Below are positions 51,321 to 64,000 of a DNA stretch of 64,000 nt, one piece after another. The DNA comes from Trichosphaerium sp. ATCC 40318. Its lineage: Eukaryota > Protista > Tubulinea. A program made the translations under genes and the position numbers. Location of the stretch: contig JALMLS010000122.1 in NCBI GenBank assembly GCA_038496445.1, forward strand, positions 1-64,000, given 5' to 3'. The notes below the pieces were generated by a model. The model made no database searches. It was not told the DNA's origin and was given only the letters and a program-made list of their open reading frames with translations. Each line of letters opens with the position of its first letter. Position 1 is the first letter of the stretch.

Positions 51321-53190
51321 CTACTTCTTTTGGTTCAGCAATACAACAATAAGAATAACTATACCAACCACAAGCACAACACCAATAACGCTTCCAATAA
51401 TAACAGCAGATTTGTTGCTACTGAACCTAGTACCATCAGAGCAACCATCTGATATTATGACAAGATTTACAGTGTTGCCACTTACTTGAACAATACATGA
51501 ATACCAAAACTATGATCGTATGTATACCTGAAGTAAGACTTGCTTCTCGGCAGTCGTCTTTTTTGAACTCAACTTTAGGCACTTCGTCGATAACACAGTT
51601 CATTGCTTGTATCTCAATAAATGTAGAAATGTCCGTAATGTCTAAATCATTATCGAGAGATATAGTACCGCCTACTCACAAAGAATGTTAGTATGTGGGT
51701 GAAATATCCTGTCTTTTTCTTACCATTCAAAGTAGGACACTGAGTGACTGTAAATTTGACTTCACCGTTAACTACAAGTGTACTGTTTTCGTTAAAAATA
51801 ACACTGCCTGTAATACAAAGGTTATTTAATATGATGATAAAGGTTGTATTTGGTACCATTGATGAATACATTAGAAGTATCTAATACCAACTCTTGAGGT
51901 ACAACAAGGTCACCAACAAGATTACAAATATTAACGCTAAAGATAGCTTCACAAGAACAATTTTGGAATAAACCGGGAACTATTGCAAACAATTTTAAAC
52001 ATATTTCATCTAAAGGTGGAAGCGGTGGTATTGGAGGAAGCGGTGATGTAATTGAAGGAAGCGGCGGTGTTGAAAAAGGCGGTAGCGGCGGTATCGTAAA
52101 TGGTGAGAAAGGTGAAAAAGACGGAAGCGCCGATGTGTTTCTAGCGTATAAATCAGGACCAGAAGAATACCATATTGTGTCATTGGGACCATAGTCAGCA
52201 GTAGGTAGATTGAAAAAACTGCCGGCAGAAAAAAAATTGAACAAACCACCTAAAAGCTAGTTAAGATGATAATGTTTTTTTCGATCAATGAGTTACCTGA
52301 GGTATTAAAAAGCAATATTGCTGGTATTGGACCATTGAAATGTCTGATTACAAATATCGTATCACTGCTGTATCTTATCTTAACTACCAATCCTTGTATT
52401 TGACTGTCTTGTAACATTGTGGTGGACTGATTCCCATCTTAGGCAGCATATGGTTAAAAAAAGTATTTGAAATAATGTGTACTTCGCTTTATGACTTGGC
52501 CTCTGCTTCCATACAATAATTCTTCTTCTGACAAGTAAGAGCAACCCTACATCCATATTAATTTAAATATTAGAAAAAGAACATTACCTGTGAAGAACCT
52601 GTACCATTCTTGGAAATTGAAGAGTTAAAAGTTGGGATTGTTTGGTTGCCAATAAAATTCAAAATGACAATATTTGTGTTTGTTGAAACGGCCATACTTT
52701 GTTTAGAAGGACTCATACACAAGTGTTTACCACGAACCAGTGGCTTAGACATGGTATTATTAGGATTGTCGGTTACGTTAAACCCTTGTAAGTAAACAAA
52801 GGAACGGTCATTGACTATCTCAAATACTTGCTAATGAAGAAATTAGTACTTACATTACTAGATAAGGCGTACAATGTCATTGCTACCACAACTTGTCAAA
52901 TATACAAAATCGTTTCGAAAAGCTAAAGCTATCGGGGTGTTATGGAGAGCAAGAATGTAAACTAGAAAAGACTCACAATGTTGTGTGCTTGCGCACTCAG
53001 TAATATTTGTGTAAAACAATATTACACCTACAAGGTTGTAAGTTCGGGTTCACAAAGTTTGTTAACAATGTTACATTACCTTCTGTAGTTGTGGAAAACA
53101 GTTTATCCGACGCTACAACAAGCAAATTGCCATTTTCGAGCCATAAAAAATCATCTATGTCTCCATACGGGAGCGAAATTCTTCGTTCTA
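51321..53190 (-). CDS. Type-I membrane protein with Pro-rich linker, tandem copy A (5' end unresolved)
   Basis: Multi-exon, with PPLPP linker, CNLVGDLVVPQELVLD and C-terminal TM AVIIGSVIGVVLVVGIVILIVV. Confidence 0.7.
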
Positions 53191-54171
53191 GGTGCAAGGT
53201 AAATACAAAATACAAAATTATCACGTGACAAAATAAAAACTCATGATTGGTTCGCCAGTAAAGATCATTTATCGTCTCAAGAAGATCTTACATCAACGCT
53301 TTATGTTGAAGTGAAAAAAGGCTGTTAAAAAGATAATAGACGAAAATAGTGTATGGGCATTCGTTGTACTACTTTTAGAAGTGTATCCTCAACAAATAGT
53401 ATTAACATTGTATCTTACCCAAAATTGACAATGCTATGCATAGCATGACCACCAATAAGATGTACTTGAAAATCATTATCGCTTAGGGCTTTCTATTGCT
53501 GTTATTTAGCAAAACAATTACTATTGTAGGGAACATTCGCAATTTCTAATTGGACTATCACGGGTTTTGTATCTGTAGTACCAGTTGCTATCAAACTTCA
53601 ATGCCAATATGAAGGAGTATTATTGTAATGTTTACACTACTGGGTTTTTGTTTGGGTCAGTTCACTCCAGATATCAGTACATATAGCGTGTGTTGGAGAA
53701 GTTGAGAGAATTTTATTATGTAGTTCCCATTTGGAAAAAAATCCAAGTCCGGAGCAGCAAACTTTTTTTACTCAAAATCGGATCGGGTTGTTCAAAGTCA
53801 AAAAAACACAATAAAAACAGTTAAACCATGTTTCCCACGCCTCTGTGGTTGTATACGGAACTGCTTAATAAAATCTCTTGTTACGAACAAGCATTTCAAC
53901 ACGTGCTATTTACTTACATTTTTTTGCTGACATTTTGGTACAGTGACATTACCCGTTGTTTAAACTTTCTATGTTCCTACGTTGGTGTATAAAATAATAC
54001 TAATATGCTAGTATTAGCATGTGTAGTGTTTGGACAACTTACTTTTTTTCTGCAACATTAGATTTAGCTAACGCCCTTCCGTTATGAATACAAGCAATAT
54101 TCATATTCATTGTCCCGTAAAGTATGTTGAGTGTATTTGCACGTGTCTAACAAGGTTTATTTCTTTTATCT

Positions 54172-55990
54172 TTATTTAGTTGTATACAATACCACAGCAA
54201 TAAGAATAACGGCAACCACAAGCACCACAGCAGTAACGCTTCCAATAATAACTCCAGTTTTGTTGCTACTGAAGCTTGTACCATCAGAACAACCATCTGA
54301 CTCTATGACAAGATTTAACGTGTTTCCGCTGTTATCTTGAACAAATGCATGTGAATACCAAAAAGCAAACTACCATCATGTGTACCTGAAACGAGACTTG
54401 CTTCTCGGCAATCGTCTTTTTTGAACTCAACTTTAGGCACTTCGTTGATAATACAGTTCATTGCTTGTATCTCAATAAATGTAGAAATGTCCATAATGTC
54501 TAAATCATTATCGAGAGATATGGTACCGCCTACTCACAAAGAATGTTAGTATATGGGTGAAATATCCTGTCTTTTTCTTACCATTCAAAGTAGGACACTG
54601 AGTGACTGTAAATTTGACTTCACCGTTAACTACAAGTGTACTGTTTTCGTTAAAAATAACACTACCTGTAATACAAAGGTTGTTTAATCTGATGATAAAG
54701 GTCGTATTTGGTACCATTGATGAATACATTAGAAGTATCTAATACCAACTCTTGAGGTACAACAAGGTCACCAACAAGACTACAAAAACTAACACCTCCA
54801 ATATCTTCACAAGAGCATAGAAAACGAGATAAATTGGGGATAGTTCCAAAGAAGGAACACACAGCGTCCAAAAATTGAGGTGGATGAGGTGGTAGTGGCG
54901 GTAGCGGCGGTATCGTAAATGGTGAGAAAGGTGAAAATAACTCAAGTGTGTTGTTTCTAGCGTATAAATCGGGGCCAGAAGAATACCATATTGTGTCAAT
55001 GGGACCATAGTCAGCTGTAGGTGAATGAGCACTACCAGCAGCACTAAAAAAATCTAGCAAACCACCTGAAAGCTAGTTTAGATGATAGTTTTTTTTCGAT
55101 CAATGAGTTACCTGAGGTATTAAAAAGCAATATTGCTGGTATTGGACCATTGAAATATCTGATTACAAATATCGCGCCACTATTGCATCTTACGCTGCTC
55201 ACTAATCCCTGAAGTCCATAGTCTTCTATAAATATAGTGCTTTGATTCCCAACTAACAAAGTAAATGGCTAAAACAAAGAACTTTGAAATTATGTGTACT
55301 TCGCTTTATGACTTGGCCTCTGCTTCCATACAATAATTCTTCTTCTGACAAGTAAGAGCAACCCTATTAAATATTAACGCAAATCGTAGATAATAGGACA
55401 ATACCTGTGAAGAATTTGTACCAGTGGAAATCGAAGAGTCAAAAGTTGGGATTGTTTGGTTGCCAATAAAATTCAAAATGACAATATTTGTGTTTGTTGA
55501 AACGGCCATACTTTGTTTAGAAGGACTCATACACAAGTGTTTAGCATGGCCCAGTGACGTAGACATGGTATTATTAGGATTGTCGGTTACGTTAAACCCT
55601 TGTAAGTAAACAAAGGAACGGTCATTGACTATCTCAAATACTTGCTAATGAAGAAATTAGTACTTACATTACTAGATAAGTCGTACAATGTCATTGCTAG
55701 CACAACTTGTCAAATATACAAAATCGTTTCGAAAAGCTAAAGCTATCGGGGTGTTATGGAGAACAAGAATGTAAACTAGAAAAGACTCACAATGTTGTGC
55801 TGTTTTGCACTCAGGAATAGTTGTGTAGAACAGTACTTGACCTACAATATAGTTTAGGATAATTTTAACAAGGCTACGTTACCTTTTGTGGTTGTGGAAA
55901 ACAGTCTATCCGACGCTACAACAAGCAAATTGCCATTTTCAAGCCATAAAAAGTCATCTATGTCTCCATACGGGAGCGAAATTCTTCGTT
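54172..55990 (-). CDS. Type-I membrane protein, tandem copy B (5' end unresolved)
   Basis: Collinear paralog of 51321-53190 with the same exon structure. Confidence 0.7.
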
Positions 55991-56950
55991 CTAGGTGCAA
56001 GGTAAATACAAAATTATCACGTGACAAAATAAAAACTCATGATTGCTTCGTTCTAAGAATTGTAAAAATAAATCTGTCACGTGACAAAAATAAAAATAAA
56101 CCCAGGCGGGTTGCTACTACACTAAATGATATCATTTAACTAGTATCAATAAGAGAGCCTTTGAATCAACAGGTTTACGTTGATGTTAAACAACGCTTGA
56201 TGTTCAGTATCAGCAAGCGTTGTTTGCGTCAACGGTCTCGATTACACGACATATATAGGTCTTGTTTTTAAATTCTATTGTCAAAGAAAAAGCAGTTAAT
56301 GCAGTACCTGAAAGAGACAGCGCTACGCATAGCATGAATACCCATAAGATGTGCTTCAAAATCATTGTCGCTTAGGTTTGTATCACGTTTGTTTAGGCTA
56401 ATAATAAACTGTGTTCGGAACAACAAGAGGGAAATTGTTTTTTCCCGTTTATGGGTGTAGTCAGAACATGCAGTTTAGGTATCAAAAATGACTATTGTAC
56501 AACTCATCAATACCAATATATTGAAGATTTCTCCGCTTTGTATAATTGTGTACCGGATTTTATTTGGACAAGATATAAGTGCACATAACATATTGGTAAC
56601 TTGTGGATATACAACTTTAATTTTATCAAGACTCTACAGGTAGTTATTGGTCGGAGAAATTGTTACGAAGCCAAGCGTTTCAACCCACGTGATATTAAAA
56701 CAACGAACGTACATAGGTTTTTTTATTTATATTTTGGTTCTGTAGTGGTATTACAACCCATTGGTTGTAGTTGGTTGTTTGAACTTTCTATGTTGTTATT
56801 ACGATATTGTTTACGGTGATATTATAAGAGCGATAGCATTAGCATAGGTAACGCCATTACTATATATGTACCAGTGTTTTCTTTTCCAGCAACTGATCAA
56901 CCAAATTTAGCTTATTCACAATAAACTGATCTAAGTGGTGTTCTTGTTTA

Positions 56951-58440
56951 TTAATAGTTATACTTTGTTTGTAAGTTCTTGCAAATGTTTTGCCAATAAT
57001 CAAATTGTAGCTGGTTTTCGTCAGTTCTAATAAAAACAACATTAGATAGCTTGCTTTGTATATTTGTTATTGAACTATCAACTTCAATGGCATGAAGGCC
57101 TTTCAGTTCTAGTATTGATTCACCGCTTATTTGATTACACCCACGAACCCCAAGTGTATGAACACCAGAAAGAGCTTTAATACCGTCGTCTGAAACTTCA
57201 GTGTTTGCGAGGTTTATATGGTGAACTCCTGCCAATGCTTTGACACCTTCATCTGTCACTGCTGTTTGATGAAGATCAACAGTATGAACTCCCGCCAAAG
57301 CCTTTATGCCCTCATCTGTTACTGAAGTTTCTCCAAGGTGGATTGTATGTACACCTGCAAGTGCTTTGATGCCAACATCTGTAACTGAAGTGCAGTCAAG
57401 GCTAATTGCATGAACACCTGCCAAAGCTTGCACACCTTTATCAGTAACTGATGTACTAAAAAGATTAATGTTATATACGCCTTGTAGTGCTTTAACACCC
57501 TCATCTGTCACAGATGTGAAACGAAGGTCAATGGTATGAACTCCGGCGAGTGCTTTGATACCTTTGTCTGTTACAGCCGTGTGGCCGAGGTGTATTGAAT
57601 GAACACCTCTTAAAGCTTGTATACCTTCATCTGTGACTGAAGTACCATATAGATTTATTGTATGAACTCCAGCTAATGCTTTGATACCTTCGTCTGTAAT
57701 TGAAGTATCAGAAAGATCAATCGCATGTATACCTCTCAATGCAACTAAGCCTCTATCTGTTATTTTTGTACAGTTTTCAAGCTGAATAGTATGAACACCA
57801 GATAACTCTTCTAGATCATAGTCGTTTATGGTACTACTATAAGACGTATGAATATTACGACACCCAGACAACAATGAAAACATTGTATTGTTTCTCATCT
57901 TTAGAACCAAAATGAGACTGTTATTCATGATGCCTTTGTACTGTCTAATCCTTAAAATATCTGGAAAACTCTTCAAATAAACTTTTTCATATCCAACAAT
58001 GTCATGGATGATATCAGCCATCAATTGACATGATTGAGCAACACTAAACCTTGATTGAGCTTCTGTATAATGTAAGATATTCGAAATAACCTCTGGTGGA
58101 AAATCAACAATGCTTGTTGATGTCACGTTCTGTTTTTTCTGGAAATTGATAAGGAAAGACTTGGTATTTACTAGGAACGCACTCTTTGTTCGAGTTTTGG
58201 CTTCTGAACGGCCCCAGGGACTATCACACATTCACTTCTTTTATTGTTAATAGGTTTCACGTGTTGTAACAGAAGCTCATCAAGTTGTTGAAGAATGGAA
58301 CTGTTGGTTGCGTTTACGATACTTTCAAGCTGTTTTATGAATATTTCGCGTCGTTTCGCTTGTACTTTACTAAATTCGTGCGTGTGCTGTTTACTATAGT
58401 ATGCGATAGCGTCCTCTACAGATATGCCTGGAATATTCAT
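56951..58440 (-). CDS. F-box + ~11 LRR protein with an extra N-terminal exon
   Basis: Exon 58183-58440, intron 58139-58182, then IVDFPPEVISNIL F-box and GVHTIxL..TSVTDEG repeats. Confidence 0.88.
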
Positions 58441-59252
58441 TATCTATCTCACGAGTGGTGTTTGTTGTTGGGTACTAAGTGACTTAATAATATTTTGTTT
58501 TTGCGCCTTTCCTTCGGCCATAAAATTGATGCTTAAAATGGTTGCACGGTTTGCAACTGGATTGTTTGCTGGTAGCACGCATCTAAAGCAAGCTAAGATA
58601 TAGTCACAAAAAAGTGCCTACGAACATTGTAATTGGATGTCAAGCTTAGTGAGCAAAAAGAATCGTATGAGAATGGAAAACCGGCAGAAGAACCTCATAG
58701 TGAGCTACAAAGATGGCTCAGCATGCGAAAAACAAGAAGAATAAAGCAGGAATTTTGGAACCAAAAAAATGATGCTCAAAGCAATGATTGGTAAGATCAG
58801 TGCTCAAAATCATTTTTCCTTTAAAGGCATTTCACAACTTTACGGTTGGTTTAGGTACTTTGCAAAACACTTCTTATTGGTCAATATTGTATCGGTATGG
58901 AATTGAATAAATACAAAGAGCCTGTAATTAGTTAGAAAATAAAACAAGTGTAGCAGGTTCATGTTCTAATTCCCTTACAAAATGTACAAAAGCTCCATTT
59001 CAAATGAGTTGACAGTTGTCCATGTAGAGCAAGGTTATGAAGAAAACACATCTCGTAAGTATACAAGATGGTTTGGGTAAAATACAGACTACTATCTTGG
59101 ATAAGGATATTGATGTAACCGTGATGTGTAAAACTATACCTCTATTTCAAATGGTATAATCAAATGTGTAAAACAAAAATTGATCACTCATTACTTTATT
59201 AACGTAAACACAACATGCACGTTATTCAATTAATGTCTTAAACAGGTCAGTA

Positions 59253-61380
59253 TCAGTTTAATTGTTGATACCTATTCTTCTTTTTTTGAACACATCGAAT
59301 GATAAAGACAATTACTGTTTAAGAAACGAATTAGTACTTGTGGAAACATATTTGTTTTTGTCTTTGATAAGCTAAAACGTACCTATGAGGAGAATAACTA
59401 CTCCTATGACAGCACCTCCAGCAACATATAGATACCAAGGTACTTGAAGAACAAAGTTAGTACACTATTAGAATTTTTTGAGAATCATCACATACCAATT
59501 TGACATGTTGTAGAACCTTCTCTAGATGTTAAAATAGTACACGAAAAGCATATTCCTCCAGTTTGGTAAGTTCCTGCTGAGCACTAGGGTGTTTCAATTA
59601 GCGCTAATAGTTCAGTTAAAGAATTGGTTTACCAAAATGCAGCCATCCTTGTTTACTGTTATGATCGAGCCTGGATCGCATGCAGAGCACTTTGCTGATC
59701 CTGGAAGCGAATAAAGAGCGTAAGGACAAGATTTACAAAAGTCTTGGCCTCTAGGAGTTCATTAGATGATCTTGACATCAAGAATCAAACTTACGTTGAG
59801 TTTGTAAAATAGCCAGCTTGGCAAAGTGGACACTGACTTTGTCCTTGTTTAATATTTGCAGTTCCTTTTGGGCATAGTGTACATTCAGGTTGTGTTGTAT
59901 CATTTGCATATGTTCCATTAAAGCAAGGCAAGCAATTGATGATATTTTTGTAAGCTACATTTCCAGGTTCACATTCCTCTTAAACAAAATGTCAAAAAGG
60001 ACTTGGAAAAAAAAAGCATTTGGTGTCGTACGTGGAGACCCCTTCATTGTGTTGTCATGAATATCAAATATGTTCATCACATTCTTCAAGTCGTTATACA
60101 GTGTTGCTTTTGTAGTGATGATATCACGTTTCTGTAGTATACTGTTAAATAAATACGTCAGTGTAACTTTGTCAGTACTGTTTCTCCGAAAGTGTTTCGA
60201 GAAACTTCAATGCTTCCACTGTCGTAGTTCCAGGAAGTGTGAATATATGATCCTGTTCCAGAAAACTCATTATCACTTATTCGAAAGTTAAAGCCTGCAC
60301 TGTATGTAATGAGTGATAAACATCCCTTCAAACAATTAGTGAGGTGTATGGTACAATGATACAAAATTCACAGTACAGCATCTTTTTTGTAAATGTCACA
60401 TCCAGAAAACGTGTTATTTTGTACTACAATATCGAGGACATTTGTAGAACCCAATACTAAAGAGTTGTTCACTCCGTTAACAGAAAGTGTGCTATTCGCC
60501 AGTGTGATAGAGGTTGCTAAAAACTAGTTAGGCTGTAATGAATTAGTTTGTTCAATGCAATTACCTATTATTTGTGATGGAGCCACATTGGTCCATTTGA
60601 CGTTTTTTATCATAAGAGAGTGTCCGCTTGCAGAGGTTAAAGAATCACCTTCAAAAGTACTTTCGTCAATAGTGACAGAACTTGAAAATGAAGTCACTAC
60701 AGTGACGTAAGCGAATGAGTAATATACAAAACGAAAACAATGCAATCACGTGCGTTCTTTTGAACCGACATCTGTAAAGTCACTATTGCTTATGTACGCT
60801 TCAGTATCTTTTAATACAATACCCCCAGCAAATCCGTCAATGACAACAGTTGCAGAAGGGCTACCATGAATAAACTTGTAACTTTTAGTGGGCTGTACTT
60901 CGCTTAGTGCCGTACCATACAAATAGAGCTGCAATTAGGTTTGGATCGTGTTACGTTGTCCCAATCGTTTCTGAGCACGTGTAAGATACCTCTTGCCGTA
61001 GTGTTCCACATGGTGGGACTAGACACTTCTGGATAAGTACCACCTTGGTAAACTGTTAAAAGGCATCGAATAAACCGAAAACAACGTTTTGAGTAGGAAA
61101 AAGAGAATACCTTGGTAACAAACGTTACAAGCGGACTGAGCGCCTCCTTGACATCTTATATCGCTTGTTTTATTTGATATTGGTTCCATAGTAAGGTAAG
61201 GTGCTTGTTTTGTTCCATTTCCCTTTATTAATACTGTAAGGATGTATGTAGTGCGTGGGGACGTACTAGAGTGTCATTTCCTGTTGTAGCGATAAAGAAA
61301 TTACACGTGATAGGGATTGATAAATCTTTGGAGAAAACGCTAGCTACTACGGCGAATAAAATTACGAAGACAAGCTTCAT
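59253..61380 (-). CDS. Inverted paralog (copy 2) of the Cys-rich membrane protein
   Basis: Reverse-complement match to 48096-50252; starts MKLVFVILFAVVASVFS. Confidence 0.8.
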
Positions 61381-61563
61381 TGGTGCTAGTTTTGATAAGA
61401 ATGTGTTCTTGAGTGTTTGGGCACTGATTCACAATATTCTCAAACGTTTACGTGCGTTCTTGTGTTAGCAAAGATTTCCCAAAAATACACTTTAAACACA
61501 CGATGTAACATTGCAGACGGGAAAGTATTAGCACATTTGTTGCGCTTCATTAATTTCTCGTTT

Positions 61564-61649
61564 ATGAATATGAATTTACGCTCTCATGCCAAGGGTAGGT
61601 ACTGATATTGTGCACAGTATTAACAGTACCTACCCTTGATTCATATCAT
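61564..61649. repeat. Fold-back palindrome
   Basis: CAAGGGTAGGTACTG (61590) / CAGTACCTACCCTTG (61624) form a perfect 15-bp inverted repeat, with additional inner and outer arms. Confidence 0.9.
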
Positions 61650-61734
61650 TACTGAAGCCGACCTGGAGTCTCAAAGGCTTGACCATATAGCATCCACATA
61701 AAACACGTGTAGTCGCAATCATTGTAAACATGCC

Positions 61735-62209
61735 TTTGTTAATAGTATGTACTCCAATAAGTGCTTTAATGCCTTCATCAGTTACCGAAATGTGACTGAC
61801 GTCAATGGTGTGAACACCAGCAAGTGCTTTTAAACCTTCATTTGCTACTGAAGTCCCATCGAGGTGAATAGTATGAACACCAACAAATGCTTTAATGCCT
61901 TCATCAATTACCTCAGTGTAACTGAGGTCAATGGTGTGAACGCCAGCAAGCAATTTGACCTTCATCAGTTACCGAAGTGCAGCTGATGTCAATAGTATGA
62001 ACTCCTTGAGTGGTATGACACCTTCATCAGTTACTGAAGTGCCACAGAGGTGGATATTATGAACGCCATGTAATAAGAGAAAGACAGGTTTGACAAGCGT
62101 TAAACCGCGATTTGGTTGTTTGACGTAAGATGTGCGTTATTATCTCTGTAGGTAGCCGCAGTAGACGTGTACTGGTGGCGATTTTACAACGTTTTGAGGA
62201 AGAAAGCAT
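61735..62209 (-). pseudogene. F-box/LRR pseudogene
   Basis: MLSSSKRCK...LLRLPTEIITHILRQTTKSRF, then a deletion of the linker and frameshifted, truncated LRRs. Confidence 0.85.
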
Positions 62210-62435
62210 ACTGCTATTTGTCTTAAACCGGCTGTGATGGACTAGCAACGTATATAGCTTAAACACTGTGAATTAAGATCAAGGATTTACGTCACGTGAT
62301 ATAGCGTAATACAAAGAAAAGTAGTTTAAGAACATAGAAACTGTTTTGCTAATTAATTCAACAAAAGTTTTATTTGAAGAACTTCACTAGCAACCTTTCT
62401 TTCTACGCTCTATTTTTTTGCAATACCTCCCTTTT

Positions 62436-64000
62436 TCATTGGCATGTATCTAAATAATCGTAAGTACAAAATAATGGCAAGAAATTTTAAGGCCAAAGCA
62501 AACAAGTTTTTTTCTTTCAAAAAAGTAAGTACTTTTTGGCTTCGTGGAGTTGTCTTTCCAACCTAAAACAATGTAACGTAAGAACCAGTCACTAACGGAA
62601 AAAAAGGCAAATAACGTACCACCACACATTTCCTTTGCCAGGACCAGCATGTTTCTTCGCTTCTTCCAAAGCAGCCTTGAAAAACGATTAGAATTTACCT
62701 TCGATTATCTGCATCTTACCTCAGCTTCGGCATATTTTCTTTGACATTCGTCAAGAGACGAGTCAGCGGCCTCACGTGCTACAGCGGCGGCCTCAGCAGC
62801 AGCTTCAGCCTCAGCACGGGCAGAAGCAGCATCTGCTGCATCTTTCACAGCGGCAGCATGGTCTTTGTCAGCTTCTTCACGTTGACATTTTGCAGCAGCG
62901 TGAGACTCGTCTGCTTCCTTTTGTGCCTTTTCTACGGAATGTTATTTAGAAAAAAAAAAGACAAACTCTTTGCGGGTACCTGCTTTACGGGTTGCTGCTT
63001 CAGTGGTGATTTTAGCAGTGCGAAGAGGAAGTGGATCCTCTGAAATAAAAAGTAAGAATTGTTGAAGAAAAGCAAATTTTTTGGGTTTTATGTTCACGTG
63101 CTAACCTGCAAGATGTTGAGCGAGTTCAGCCTTTGCTTTGTTTCGTGTAACTACACCTCCTTCTTCACTCTGAAATTATTAATATTGGTACAGAGGGATA
63201 AAACGACGTGGTACCTTTTTCTTCAAAAGCTCAGTTTTGTCACTGTATGCCTTTTCTAGTGCGTGGAGATCAGCAAGGGCTGCTCTGAGTTCATCAGCAG
63301 CAGCTTTAGCTTCTGCGGCCTTTGACGACGCAACGTCTTCCTTTGCCTACCACGTTGTCAATAAAAAGGATGTCACTCTCTTTTTTCGAAGTACCTTTGC
63401 TTCAATGGCTGACTTTTCAGCAGCTTCTTTCGATATCTTAGCAGCTTCATCTCTTGCTTTTGCTTCTCTAGCAGTTGAAGAAGCTTCATTATCAGCCTTG
63501 CGAGCTGAATCAGCGGCAGAAATGGCCTCTTTAAGAGCGGCTTGAACGCTTTCCAACAACTCTGCGCATTTCTTGACTTCTTCCGCATCACCCTTATAAA
63601 TGATTAATTCATAACGCCTCTTTACGCTAAAGCGAAGATATCTAAATAATCTCACCTGAGGTTTGGACAAGAAGTCGTTAATACGCTTTCCAAATTTCCA
63701 TAAGCAATACTCTAATAGAGCGATACGCTTATTGAAATCAAGATCAGTTTCCTTAAGTTGAACTCTAAAGACACGTGATTAAATAAAAAAAAAACAACCG
63801 TAAAGAAAAAGTAAAAAACATACCTCATTTCTTTCACTGTTTTTGTTTCAGCAATAGCCTCCAAGAAGCGATGAGCTCCAAACTATTTTGAGAAATCAAA
63901 AAAAACAAGCTATAAACAACTGTAGATGCTAGTACTTCATCAAGATCGCATCCTTCTTCTGCTTTATCCAAATCCAACTCAACGAACTAATAGTTACTAT
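62436..64000 (-). CDS. Ala/Glu/Lys-rich coiled-coil protein, multi-exon, 5'-partial
   Basis: Exons read AALKEAISAADSARKADNEASSTAREAKARDEAAK and similar, with GT-AG introns. Confidence 0.65.

Noticed and set aside
58593-58605. CTAAGATATAGTC resembles the group I intron S element
   Set aside because: No GACTA-containing R partner or P/Q elements upstream.

Overview
AT-rich eukaryotic genomic DNA with many short (about 40-100 nt) spliceosomal introns and GTACGT/GTAAG/GTGCGT donors. Gene content suggests an amoebozoan-type protist (inference). Most ORF-track entries are exon fragments, so gene models were assembled by hand. Bases 1-14.35 kb look like the right part of a large cargo-carrying CACTA/CMC (Plavaka-like) DNA transposon, apparently inserted into an IS630/Tc1-type transposase gene. 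Besides the intron-containing DDE transposase, this block holds a large orphan gene, a Ser/Asp-rich gene, an F-box-like/MORN paralog of a gene outside the block, and an intron-containing gene whose C-terminal half resembles bacterial uracil-DNA-glycosylase-superfamily proteins (top finding). The rest of the window has an M12B protease with ricin-type repeats, a type-B carboxylesterase, adrenodoxin reductase, a Cys-nucleophile alpha/beta hydrolase, an ATF6/bZIP28-like membrane bZIP and a P-loop ATPase. It also has a birth-and-death family of F-box + 21-aa LRR genes, inverted and tandem duplicated surface-protein genes, a dispersed ~235 bp repeat, and several GC-rich, structured non-coding candidates. 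No database searches were run, so family assignments rest on recognised motifs.
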